Source of the DNA: Lachnospira sp. UBA4285
GTDB lineage: Bacteria; Bacillota; Clostridia; Lachnospirales; Lachnospiraceae
Reading direction: 5' to 3'
DNA length: 61,112 nt
NCBI GenBank assembly: GCA_002394965.1
Contig: DGVL01000088.1
Span: 1-61,112, forward strand
Under the pieces are notes generated by a model that worked only from the letters and a program-made list of their open reading frames with translations, was not told where the DNA came from and searched no databases. How positions within the stretch are numbered: position 1 is the stretch's first letter; the number at the start of each line of letters is the position of its first letter. Position numbers and translations under genes: made by a program. Below are positions 25,745 through 33,919 of this stretch, piece by piece.

Positions 25745-26641
25745 ATGAATGGCAAAAGAAAAAAAGCGGTGCGCGAGCAGCTCACGGCGACCGTATTTCT
25801 TCTTCCGAGCCTGATCGGCCTTGTTCTCTTCAGTCTGCTTCCGCTGGTGTTTTCCCTTTTTATCAGCCTGACGGACTGGAATTTCCTGAACGGCATGGGG
25901 AACTGGAATTTCATCGGCTTCGAGAATTTTCTCGACATGTGGACGGATGAATGGTTCCTGGCTTCCATGAAGAACACATTCATCTACACGATTGTCGTCG
26001 TTCCGATCGGACTGTTCCTTGCACTTATCATCGCGGCTCTGATTGACAGCTTCATCAATGACAAGCTCGCCAATGTTCTCCGGGTGACGATGTACATGCC
26101 GAAGATCTGCAATATCGTTGCATCCGCCGCGATCTGGATCATGCTGTACTCGACATACGGCCCGTTCACCCAGCTGATGCGTCTGCTCGGATGGAAGAAT
26201 CCGCCGCATTTCCTCGCCAGTTATACCTGGGCGCTGCCGGCGATCATGCTGATGAGCATCTGGAGCGGCCTGGGGTATCATGTGTTTATCTATAGTGCCG
26301 GAATGGCCGGGATCTCGAGAGACCTGTACGAGGCGGCCGAGCTGGATGGAGCGGGTGCCTTGCAGAAATTCTGGTATGTGACAATACCGCAGCTTCGCCC
26401 GACCACATTCTTCCTGATGATAACCGGAATCATCGGGTCTTTCAAAGTCTTTGGATCGGTGAACGTAATGACGCAGGGCGGTCCGGGGCATTCGACGTAC
26501 ACGCTTGTGTATTACATCTATAAATCTGCATTTTCCTATTACAACATGGGGTATGCGTCCGCAATTGCGGTTATTCTGTTCCTGATTCTGCTCGTTGTGA
26601 CGCTGATTCAGTGGAAACACAACAACGGCAGCGGCGATTGA
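25745..26641 (+). CDS. CUT1 sugar ABC transporter permease (MalF/UgpA type), cassette B
   Basis: The ORF track starts at 25679, inside the hairpin. GGGAGA precedes the ATG at 25745 ('MNGKRKKAVREQL'). EAA loop 'YEAAELDGAGALQKFWYVTIP'. Confidence 0.88.
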   Translation: MNGKRKKAVREQLTATVFLLPSLIGLVLFSLLPLVFSLFISLTDWNFLNGMGNWNFIGFENFLDMWTDEWFLASMKNTFIYTIVVVPIGLFLALIIAALIDSFINDKLANVLRVTMYMPKICNIVASAAIWIMLYSTYGPFTQLMRLLGWKNPPHFLASYTWALPAIMLMSIWSGLGYHVFIYSAGMAGISRDLYEAAELDGAGALQKFWYVTIPQLRPTTFFLMITGIIGSFKVFGSVNVMTQGGPGHSTYTLVYYIYKSAFSYYNMGYASAIAVILFLILLVVTLIQWKHNNGSGD

Positions 26642-26653
26642 GGTGTGATGAAT

Positions 26654-27520
26654 ATGGCTAAAGAAAAAAGTAAAATGAGAAAAAAGAGCCCTGTTCCGAA
26701 AGTCGTCTGGAGCATTCTTCTGATCCTGTTTGCCCTGCTGATGATCACGCCTTTCCTTTGGATGCTGTCTTCTTCCTTCAAGCTGGAGCGGGACGTGATG
26801 AAATTCCCGATCGAATGGATACCGGCAAATCCGATCCTGAATAATTACAAGAATGTTCTGCACATCGGCGTCAAGAGCAAGGACTACCATTTTCTTCTGG
26901 CCTACGCCAACTCGATCAAGGTGTCCGTATTTGCCACTCTGACAAGCGTTCTGTCGGCGATGCTGGCCGGGTATGCATTCGCCAAGTTGAAATTCAAGGG
27001 CTCGAATGTGCTGTTCATCATCTATCTGATGCAGATGATGGTTCCGTCTCAGCTCACGCTGATCCCGAGATTCGTGGCGTTCTCGGAGCTCGGACTCGTG
27101 AATACGCACTTCTCCATCATTGCACCGAAAATCATCTCTGTCTCCGCGACCTTCATGATGCGGCAGGCGTTCATGGCCGTTCCGGAAGAACTCAGGGAAA
27201 GTGCCAAGATAGACGGAGCCGGAGAGTGGAAGACGTGCTGGAAGATCATGGTTCCGCAGATCCGTCCGACGATCGGCGCCATGACGACGGTAGCGTTTCT
27301 TGACAACTGGAACAGCTATCTGGATCCGCTCGTTTTTCTCTCAGACTGGAGACTGATGACGATCCCGATTGCCCTGAACCAGTTTGTATCAGAAGAAGGC
27401 TCTAAATACGGACTTATCTCGGCAGCCTGCTGCCTGACAGTAATCCCGGTATTTATCGTGTTCCTGGTCGGACAGAAGTTCTTCATCAAGGGACTGACCG
27501 TCGGAGCCGTCAAGGGGTGA
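26654..27520 (+). CDS. CUT1 sugar ABC transporter permease (MalG/UgpE type), cassette B
   Basis: In-frame starts exist at 26645 (GTG), 26648 and 26654. GAGGTG (26640-26645) favours 26654. EAA loop 'RESAKIDGAGEWKTCWKIMVP'. Confidence 0.88.
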   Translation: MAKEKSKMRKKSPVPKVVWSILLILFALLMITPFLWMLSSSFKLERDVMKFPIEWIPANPILNNYKNVLHIGVKSKDYHFLLAYANSIKVSVFATLTSVLSAMLAGYAFAKLKFKGSNVLFIIYLMQMMVPSQLTLIPRFVAFSELGLVNTHFSIIAPKIISVSATFMMRQAFMAVPEELRESAKIDGAGEWKTCWKIMVPQIRPTIGAMTTVAFLDNWNSYLDPLVFLSDWRLMTIPIALNQFVSEEGSKYGLISAACCLTVIPVFIVFLVGQKFFIKGLTVGAVKG

Positions 27521-27569
27521 CGGCCTGTAAACCACAAGCAGACAGGTCTGCAGGAAGGCAGACATACAC

Positions 27570-29429
27570 ATGAACAATTTTAAAGAATATTCGCTGCAGT
27601 TTGATTTTATCGTCGTGGGCGGAGGCTTTACCGGCCTGTGCGCGGCGCTGGCAGCGGCAAGAAAGGGAGTCAGAACAGCTCTGGTCCAGGACAGGCCGGT
27701 GCTGGGCGGCAATGGCAGCAGCGAGATCCGGATGCACATATGCGGGGCATCGGATAACGGCACCAAGCCGGAACTCGCCGAAGGCGGCATTATCCATGAG
27801 CTGATGCTCTCCAACAAACGGGTGAATGACAGCTACAACTTCTCGATCTGGTCAGCCGTGCTCTTCGACAAGGCAAAACGGGAGAAAAATCTCACGGTCT
27901 TCTACAACACGACGATGCACGAAGTTCACCGCGCAGGCGGAAAAATCACAGAAATCGACTGTTATCAGATGACAACGGAGAAGAGTCTTCACCTTTCGGC
28001 GCCCATCTTCGCGGATTGTACGGGGAACGGGACGCTGTCCGCATTCGCTGGGGCGCAGGTCTTCACCGGCAGTGAGGGAAAGGACGCCTACGGTGAGCCG
28101 GACGCTCCGTCTGAGGCCAACAGCAACCGCATGGGCAACACCCTTCTCTTCAAGGCCAGAGACACCGGGCATCCGGTGAAATTCATCCCTCCGGTCCAGT
28201 GCATGCACTTTACGGAAGAACAGCTTCGCTTCCGCCAGCACACAGCCGAATCTCCCGTGCCGCAAAGCAGCGAGGGGGATGACGACCGGGAAGTCGGATG
28301 GATGTTCGGAGGGATCTGCCAGGACTATGGGTACTGGTGGGTCGAGATCCCGGGCACGTCAGAGGACATCGTGAGCGAGTACGAGGATATCCGGGATCAG
28401 CTGGTCGCCGCGATCTACGGCGTCTGGGATCATATCAAGAACGGCGGTGACCACGGCGCTGAAAACTACGAGCTGACATGGGTCGGAATGCTGCCGGGTG
28501 TGCGGGAGAGCCGCCGGATCGCCGGAGACTATGTTCTCAACGAGAAAGATATATTGAGCAACCGCCGCTTCCCGGATGCAGTTGCCTATGGCGGCTGGCA
28601 TATCGACAACCACGTTCCGCTCGGACTGTTTGACTTTGACAAGCTGCCGGCAACGGTCATCGGATATCCTGGATCCTACACGATCCCGTACCGAAGCTAT
28701 ATCGTCCGGGGGATTGAGAACTTATTTGTGGGAGGCCGGTGCCTGAGCGCATCCAAGCTCGGCATGGCTTCGTCCCGCGTCATGGGAACCTGTGCGATCG
28801 GCGGGCAGGCGATCGGAACTGCGGCAGCGCTGGCGGTGAAGTGTGGCGTGTCGATCCGGGAAGTTGATATCCGGAGGCTGCAGCAGGAGCTGCTTAAGGA
28901 TGACTGTTACATTCCGGGCGTTGCCAACGAAGATGAAAAGGATCTTGCCCGCACAGCCCTGATCACGGCTTCTTCCGAGGCGGAAGGCTTTGCTGCGGCG
29001 AATGTGGTAAATGGTGTTTCCAGGACGATTGGCGGGAAGAGCAATGCCTGGCATTCCCGGCCGTTACGCGGACAGGCGGCTGCGGACAATTCCTGTGAGT
29101 GGCTGCGTCTCTCTCTTAAGGCACCGGCAATTGTTTCACAGGTTCAAATAACGTTTGACTCAAACTTTGCGGTTGAGAAAAAGATCACGCTGTCCTCAAG
29201 AAGGCAGAATCAGCAGAAGATCGGCGTGCCGGCAGAGCTCGTGAAGGACTATGATGTGGAACTGATACATGACGGCCGCGTGGTCGCAAAGAGCGAACAG
29301 AGGGAGAACTATCAGAGACTGAACCGTGTGAATTTCCAGGAAGGCGTCTTATGTGACGCCGTGAGGATCCGGATTCTCTCTACAAACGGAATCCCGGAAG
29401 CAAGGCTCTTTGAAGTGCGGATTTATTGA
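27570..29429 (+). CDS. FAD-dependent oxidoreductase with a C-terminal galactose-binding-like (F5/8 type C-like) beta-sandwich domain, paralog B
   Basis: 619 aa. 'FDFIVVGGGFTGLCAALAAARKGVRTALVQDRPVLGGNGSSEIRMH'. Conserved core 'GVWDHIKNGGDHGAENYEL', 'RESRRIAGDY', 'AYGGWHIDNH', 'IPYRS', 'GGRCLSAS', 'GGQAIGTAAA'. The C-terminal ~150 aa end in 'ARLFEVRIY'. No signal peptide. Confidence 0.8.
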   Translation: MNNFKEYSLQFDFIVVGGGFTGLCAALAAARKGVRTALVQDRPVLGGNGSSEIRMHICGASDNGTKPELAEGGIIHELMLSNKRVNDSYNFSIWSAVLFDKAKREKNLTVFYNTTMHEVHRAGGKITEIDCYQMTTEKSLHLSAPIFADCTGNGTLSAFAGAQVFTGSEGKDAYGEPDAPSEANSNRMGNTLLFKARDTGHPVKFIPPVQCMHFTEEQLRFRQHTAESPVPQSSEGDDDREVGWMFGGICQDYGYWWVEIPGTSEDIVSEYEDIRDQLVAAIYGVWDHIKNGGDHGAENYELTWVGMLPGVRESRRIAGDYVLNEKDILSNRRFPDAVAYGGWHIDNHVPLGLFDFDKLPATVIGYPGSYTIPYRSYIVRGIENLFVGGRCLSASKLGMASSRVMGTCAIGGQAIGTAAALAVKCGVSIREVDIRRLQQELLKDDCYIPGVANEDEKDLARTALITASSEAEGFAAANVVNGVSRTIGGKSNAWHSRPLRGQAAADNSCEWLRLSLKAPAIVSQVQITFDSNFAVEKKITLSSRRQNQQKIGVPAELVKDYDVELIHDGRVVAKSEQRENYQRLNRVNFQEGVLCDAVRIRILSTNGIPEARLFEVRIY

Positions 29430-29444
29430 AGAAAGGACGGAACT

Positions 29445-30350
29445 ATGCGTTTTTCAACATCGACCAATATATATTGTTACGATCAGGGAAAACCCTATGC
29501 TATTCCGATGGACGAGTCCATTCAGGTGTGCGCCAAAGCCGGCTTCCGGTATGTGGATGCCAATCTGTGCGGCATCACAAGACCCGGTCACGCCATAAGC
29601 GCACTCTGCCGGGACGACTGGGAGGAGGAAATCCGCCGGTACCGCCAGGAGGCGGACCGCCTTCATGTAAAAATAGCGCAGTCCCACGCCTGGTGGTGCA
29701 CAAAGCCGACCGTTCCGTATACGGAACTTCCGGAAGGCGACTTTGGCGAGGAGATGATGCGAAGAAGCATTCTTGCCTCCGAAATTCTGGGAGTAAAGTG
29801 GATGGTTGTTCATCCGTTTTCTGTCACGGAAAACGGCAAGCGCTCAAAAGAGCGCAGCCTCCCGTACAACCTGACGTATTACCGGCGCTGGAATGAAGTG
29901 TGCAAAGCGCATCATGTCGGCATGGCGATCGAAAACATGGTCGGCGTGCACGGCAATGAGTGGGGCGACATGGACTTCCTGATCCGGCTGGTCGATGCTG
30001 TTGCAGACCCCAATGTCGGGATCTGTCTTGACACCGGGCACGCGAATGTAACGGGACTTGACGTGGCGGAGTGTGTCAGAAAGGCAGGAAGGCGACTGCA
30101 CGCGACACACATCAACGACAATTATGCCCGGGGGGTGGACGAGCACCTGGCACCTATGTGCGGAAACGTCAAGTGGCCGGAGGTTATTAAGGCGCTGAAA
30201 GAGGTCGGCTATGAGGACGATTTCTCCTACGAGATCCATAAGTATACCCATATGTATCCGAAAGAACTTCAGCCGGAATTAATCCGTTTTACATATCATC
30301 TCGGCATATGGCTGCTGCAGGAGAACGGCTTTTCAGAAGCCCTTGATTGA
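29445..30350 (+). CDS. Xylose-isomerase-like TIM-barrel protein (sugar phosphate isomerase/epimerase family), paralog 2
   Basis: 301 aa. It starts 15 nt after the flavoprotein gene. It has the same motif set as paralog 1: 'WMVVHP', 'ENMVG', 'GICLDTGHAN', 'LHATHINDN', 'FSYEI'. Confidence 0.8.
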   Translation: MRFSTSTNIYCYDQGKPYAIPMDESIQVCAKAGFRYVDANLCGITRPGHAISALCRDDWEEEIRRYRQEADRLHVKIAQSHAWWCTKPTVPYTELPEGDFGEEMMRRSILASEILGVKWMVVHPFSVTENGKRSKERSLPYNLTYYRRWNEVCKAHHVGMAIENMVGVHGNEWGDMDFLIRLVDAVADPNVGICLDTGHANVTGLDVAECVRKAGRRLHATHINDNYARGVDEHLAPMCGNVKWPEVIKALKEVGYEDDFSYEIHKYTHMYPKELQPELIRFTYHLGIWLLQENGFSEALD

Positions 30351-30364
30351 GACACGGCATAAAT

Positions 30365-30712
30365 ATGGGCAGAAAAAAACTGCTTGTGATGTCAAATGAC
30401 GCCCTCGTCTACGAAGATCTGAAAACTTTGGAGAACATGCCGGAACTCACGCCGGTGTTTCGGGAAGGCGCGATGGTGAAGCGGGTGCGGACGGTGTATC
30501 CGTCCGTGACGTATCCCTGCCATGTGAGCATCGCTTCCGGCTGCTATCCGGACAAGACCGGTGTGGTGAGCAACGAAGCCGTGCAGCCGGGGTGCTGCGG
30601 GCCCAAGCCGTGGCAGTGGTTTCACGATGCGGTGAAGTGCCAGGACATCTTTGACGCGGCCAAATCGGCCGGACTCTCAACAACCGCTTATTCCTGCTTT
30701 ACAGGCGCATAA
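30365..30712 (+). pseudogene. 3'-truncated paralog of the NPP-type phosphodiesterase gene (13032-14342)
   Basis: The first ~104 codons are collinear with the full-length gene ('KKLLVMSNDALVYEDLKTLENMPEL...YPSVTYPCHVSIASGCYPDKTG...CCGPKPW'). A 50-nt block is identical at 30512-30561 and 13195-13244. Homology decays after ~30676, and a stop at 30710 lies 6 nt from the AraC gene stop. The 'SDHG' metal-site region is absent. Confidence 0.8.
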
Positions 30713-30718
30713 AGTGAT

Positions 30719-31651
30719 TCATTTATCCGAAAAATGTTTTCTATATTCTGATGGGGTCATATGTACGGTCTTTTTGAAAACGGAAATGAAAGAAGACATC
30801 GTATGAAAACCAGAGCACTGGAAAGCGTCAGTTACCCTTTGCCCGCTTTCCAGTGCTTTTTTTGCGACATCAATTCTGCGACGAGCTATGTATTCGGAAA
30901 TGTTAATATTATAGTATTGGCGGAAAAGACGTGACAAGTATTCCCGGCTATAGAAAAAGTGGGTGGCTATTTCTGAAGTTGATGAAATCGTCTGCAGATT
31001 GTCATCAATATAGGATTTGATATTCAAAACATTCTGTGGAAGCTGAAAGACGTTATTAGAGTTTTGGCACCCTTTTCGGCTGATAAGAACAAACAAGTGA
31101 AGAATATAGATATACATATCTAGAATGGCATCAGAATTCTGTCCATTAAAAACAAATTGAAGCTTATTGAGATCATAGTAATACTCGCAGAGGGATTCTG
31201 AACTGATTTCAAGATAGACCGAAGTTTTGAGCTTCAAAAAAGCTCTTGGCATTTCGCCGCCAAATGCCAGAAAGAACTGCGGGGTAAAGTAAAATACATA
31301 CCGTTCGTATTCACTTTCTTCCGACTGGTGTGCGGTATGCATAATATGCGGAGGAATGATAAGAATAGAGCCGCGGCTCGGAATAATCTCCCGGTTATCT
31401 GATATATAGGATATTTTTCCTGATATATATATATCCATTTCATAAAACAGATGATAGTGGAGCTTTTCCGGAAATATGGACATGTTATACGTTGTTACAC
31501 GATGGGAAAAGATAAGGTTCTTACCAAGATAGTAATCTTTCCAGCCATATTCGCTTTGAAAGGCATGAAGGCCGGTCATTGAGAACACCTCTTCTATATA
31601 GCGGCGAGTTGCTATGTGAGATTGATAATACTGATCTAATACTGAATCCAT
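30719..31651 (-). CDS. AraC-family transcriptional regulator (N-terminal cupin-like sensor, C-terminal double HTH)
   Basis: 310 aa. The C-terminus 'FFYSREYLSRLFRQYYNINISEYIARRRIDVAKKAL...FHTMSSFISVFKKTVHMTPSEYRK' is typical AraC/XylS. The gene is AT-rich. Confidence 0.88.
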   Translation of the reverse strand: MDSVLDQYYQSHIATRRYIEEVFSMTGLHAFQSEYGWKDYYLGKNLIFSHRVTTYNMSIFPEKLHYHLFYEMDIYISGKISYISDNREIIPSRGSILIIPPHIMHTAHQSEESEYERYVFYFTPQFFLAFGGEMPRAFLKLKTSVYLEISSESLCEYYYDLNKLQFVFNGQNSDAILDMYIYILHLFVLISRKGCQNSNNVFQLPQNVLNIKSYIDDNLQTISSTSEIATHFFYSREYLSRLFRQYYNINISEYIARRRIDVAKKALESGQRVTDAFQCSGFHTMSSFISVFKKTVHMTPSEYRKHFSDK

Positions 31652-31660
31652 GCTGCTCCA

Positions 31661-31672
31661 ATATCACATATT
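31661..31672 (+). promoter_or_regulatory. 12-nt repeat ATATCACATATT, copy 1, overlapping a 14-bp perfect palindrome ACATATTAATATGT (31666-31679)
   Basis: Exact direct repeat of 31937-31948. It lies 10 nt upstream of the AraC start codon. Confidence 0.35.
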
Positions 31673-31936
31673 AATATGTTATTTGCAAAACTCCAATTTA
31701 TTTACTGAAATATATCATACCATATACAATATGACCAAACAAGATTTAAGAAGAGAAGCTAGATGAGAGATTTTCGCTGCATGGCTAGCTGAATTCTTTG
31801 ATTTATATATTGACTTAATATTAATCTCTTTTGGATATTTATGGTGAAATATGGTGTATAACTATTTTTAATGTGAAATAATATAATAAATGAAATATTT
31901 TACCATATTAGAAAGCCAATCAACAATAAGCTTCTG

Positions 31937-31948
31937 ATATCACATATT
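31937..31948 (+). promoter_or_regulatory. 12-nt repeat ATATCACATATT, copy 2 (candidate AraC half-site upstream of the island operon)
   Basis: Exact copy 276 bp from copy 1, and about 120 bp upstream of the flavoprotein start. Confidence 0.35.
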
Positions 31949-32065
31949 GATAAGTTTAATGTCAAATAAAGGAAAGAATTTTTAGTTTTTGATAAGTACA
32001 ATGTAACTAAATTAAAGAGTGTGAATAATTAATTGAAAATCTGTTCGCACAGGGGGAGGTTGGTT

Positions 32066-33886
32066 GTGCTTAGAAAAGTGCTGCATACTGTAAAACATGC
32101 CTGTGATGTCTGCGTGATTGGCGGCGGAATTGGTGGTATGTTCAGTGCAGTTTCTGCCGCTAGAAATGGTGCGAAGGTTGTTCTGATGCAGGATCGTCCG
32201 GTCCTGGGAGGAAATGCGAGTTCTGAGATACGAATGTGGATTTCCGGGGCAGGAACCAGAGTACGAGATCTTCAGGAAACAGGCCTTATGGAAGAACTGT
32301 TGCTGGAGAACATGTATCGAAATCCGACCCGGAATTATACGATTTGGGACAGTATTCTTTATGAGATGATCAAGAAAGAACCTAACATTGAACTGCTTCT
32401 GAATTGCTCCTGCTGTGAGGCGGATATGGATAATGATAGTATCAGTTCAATATCAGGCTTCCAACTTACTACATATACGTGGCATGTGGTTAGTGCTTCT
32501 ATTTTCATCGATTGTTCCGGTGACAGTATACTTGCTGAACTCACAGGCGCTGAGTACCGGGTTGGACGGGAAGCAAAAGATGAATTCAAAGAAGAGTTTG
32601 GACTGTCAGAAGCTGACAGTAAAACTATGGGTATGAGTCTGCTGCTCCAGGCGAGAGAAACAGACCATCCGGTGAGTTTTACACCACCTTCCTGGGCATA
32701 TACGTTTAAAACAGATGCGGATATGCATAATAAACCGCATGATTTATACCATATAAATACAAATTTCTATTGGATAGAACTTGGTGGGGAATATGACACC
32801 ATACATGACACAGAGAAAATTCGTGATGAATTGCTGAAGATTGCGTTTGGAGTCTGGGATCATATCAAAAATCAGGGAGAACATGGGGCCGATAATTGGG
32901 AGCTTGAATGGATCGGTTTTCTCCCAGGGAAAAGAGAAAGCCGCAGATATATTGGAGATTACATATTAACGCAGAATGATGTTGAGAAACATCCGGTTTT
33001 CGAGGATACTGTCGCGTATGGCGGATGGCAGATCGACAATCATCTCCCTGGCGGTTTTTTTATGAATGGAGAAAATGGTGGACATCTGGAGAAAAGAAGG
33101 CTGACGGAACCGTATGGTATCCCGTATCGCTGCCTGTATTCCAAAAATATTCGAAACCTAATGTTTGCAGGCCGAAATATTAGTGCAACCCATATTGGAA
33201 TCAGCACAACGAGAGTGATGGGGACAGTTGGCGTACTAGGGCAGGCGGCTGGTACCGCGGCGGCAATAGCCGTGAGAAATGGGTTGCTCCCAAGAGAAGC
33301 CGGAAAGCAGAAGATAAAAGAAATACAGAACCAGCTTCTTGAAGATGATTGCTTCCTTCCGGGGTTTACGCGTCCTATATCAGACCTTACTAAAAAGGCG
33401 AAGATGCAGTGTGATTATGGTGATGGCTCTGCTTTAATAAATGGGATGGATCGGAGAATATGGGGGAGAGATAACGGATACTATGGCAAAACAAATCAGG
33501 CAATAACGTATCGATTTGATCGGCTGACAGAGATTCATGGTTTTCGGCTTGTGACAGATAGTGATTTAAACCGAGAGTATGTGGAAGGAAATCCGGATGG
33601 TGTAAATACATCCAGCGTCTTGTTCTATCCGGCCAGCTATCATCACACAACTTTTGGGTTTCCGCAGTGCATGCTCAAATCGTTCCGGATTGAGGCAGAG
33701 AATGCAGATGGAAGCTGGAAAACTGTCTATAGGGAAACAGCCAATCATCAGCGGCTTATACGAAAGCCATTGTCAGTCTGTACAACAGCGATTCGTCTAA
33801 TTCCACTTTCGACATATATGAGTGAAAGAAAAAATGAGGACTATGGGAGTTCAACAGCGCATATTTTTGCTTTTGAAGTAAATTGA
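32066..33886 (+). CDS. FAD-dependent oxidoreductase with a C-terminal galactose-binding-like domain, paralog C (in the low-GC island)
   Basis: The ORF track starts at TTG 32033. GGGGGAGG (32052-32059) favours the GTG at 32066. 'CDVCVIGGGIGGMFSAVSAARNGAKVVLMQDRPVLGGNASSEIRMW', 'GVWDHIKNQGEHGADNWEL', 'RESRRYIGDY', 'AYGGWQIDNH', 'IPYRC'. It ends in 'HIFAFEVN'. Confidence 0.8.
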   Translation: MLRKVLHTVKHACDVCVIGGGIGGMFSAVSAARNGAKVVLMQDRPVLGGNASSEIRMWISGAGTRVRDLQETGLMEELLLENMYRNPTRNYTIWDSILYEMIKKEPNIELLLNCSCCEADMDNDSISSISGFQLTTYTWHVVSASIFIDCSGDSILAELTGAEYRVGREAKDEFKEEFGLSEADSKTMGMSLLLQARETDHPVSFTPPSWAYTFKTDADMHNKPHDLYHINTNFYWIELGGEYDTIHDTEKIRDELLKIAFGVWDHIKNQGEHGADNWELEWIGFLPGKRESRRYIGDYILTQNDVEKHPVFEDTVAYGGWQIDNHLPGGFFMNGENGGHLEKRRLTEPYGIPYRCLYSKNIRNLMFAGRNISATHIGISTTRVMGTVGVLGQAAGTAAAIAVRNGLLPREAGKQKIKEIQNQLLEDDCFLPGFTRPISDLTKKAKMQCDYGDGSALINGMDRRIWGRDNGYYGKTNQAITYRFDRLTEIHGFRLVTDSDLNREYVEGNPDGVNTSSVLFYPASYHHTTFGFPQCMLKSFRIEAENADGSWKTVYRETANHQRLIRKPLSVCTTAIRLIPLSTYMSERKNEDYGSSTAHIFAFEVN

Positions 33887-33919
33887 ATGAAAATTCAGGA
33901 GATGAAAAGGAGGAAGTAA

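Noticed and set aside
25472-27109. 545-aa minus-strand ORF spanning the end of the SBP gene and two permease genes
   Set aside because: It is antisense to three well-supported ABC genes. The translation is dominated by R/H/Q/D runs and has no domain signature.
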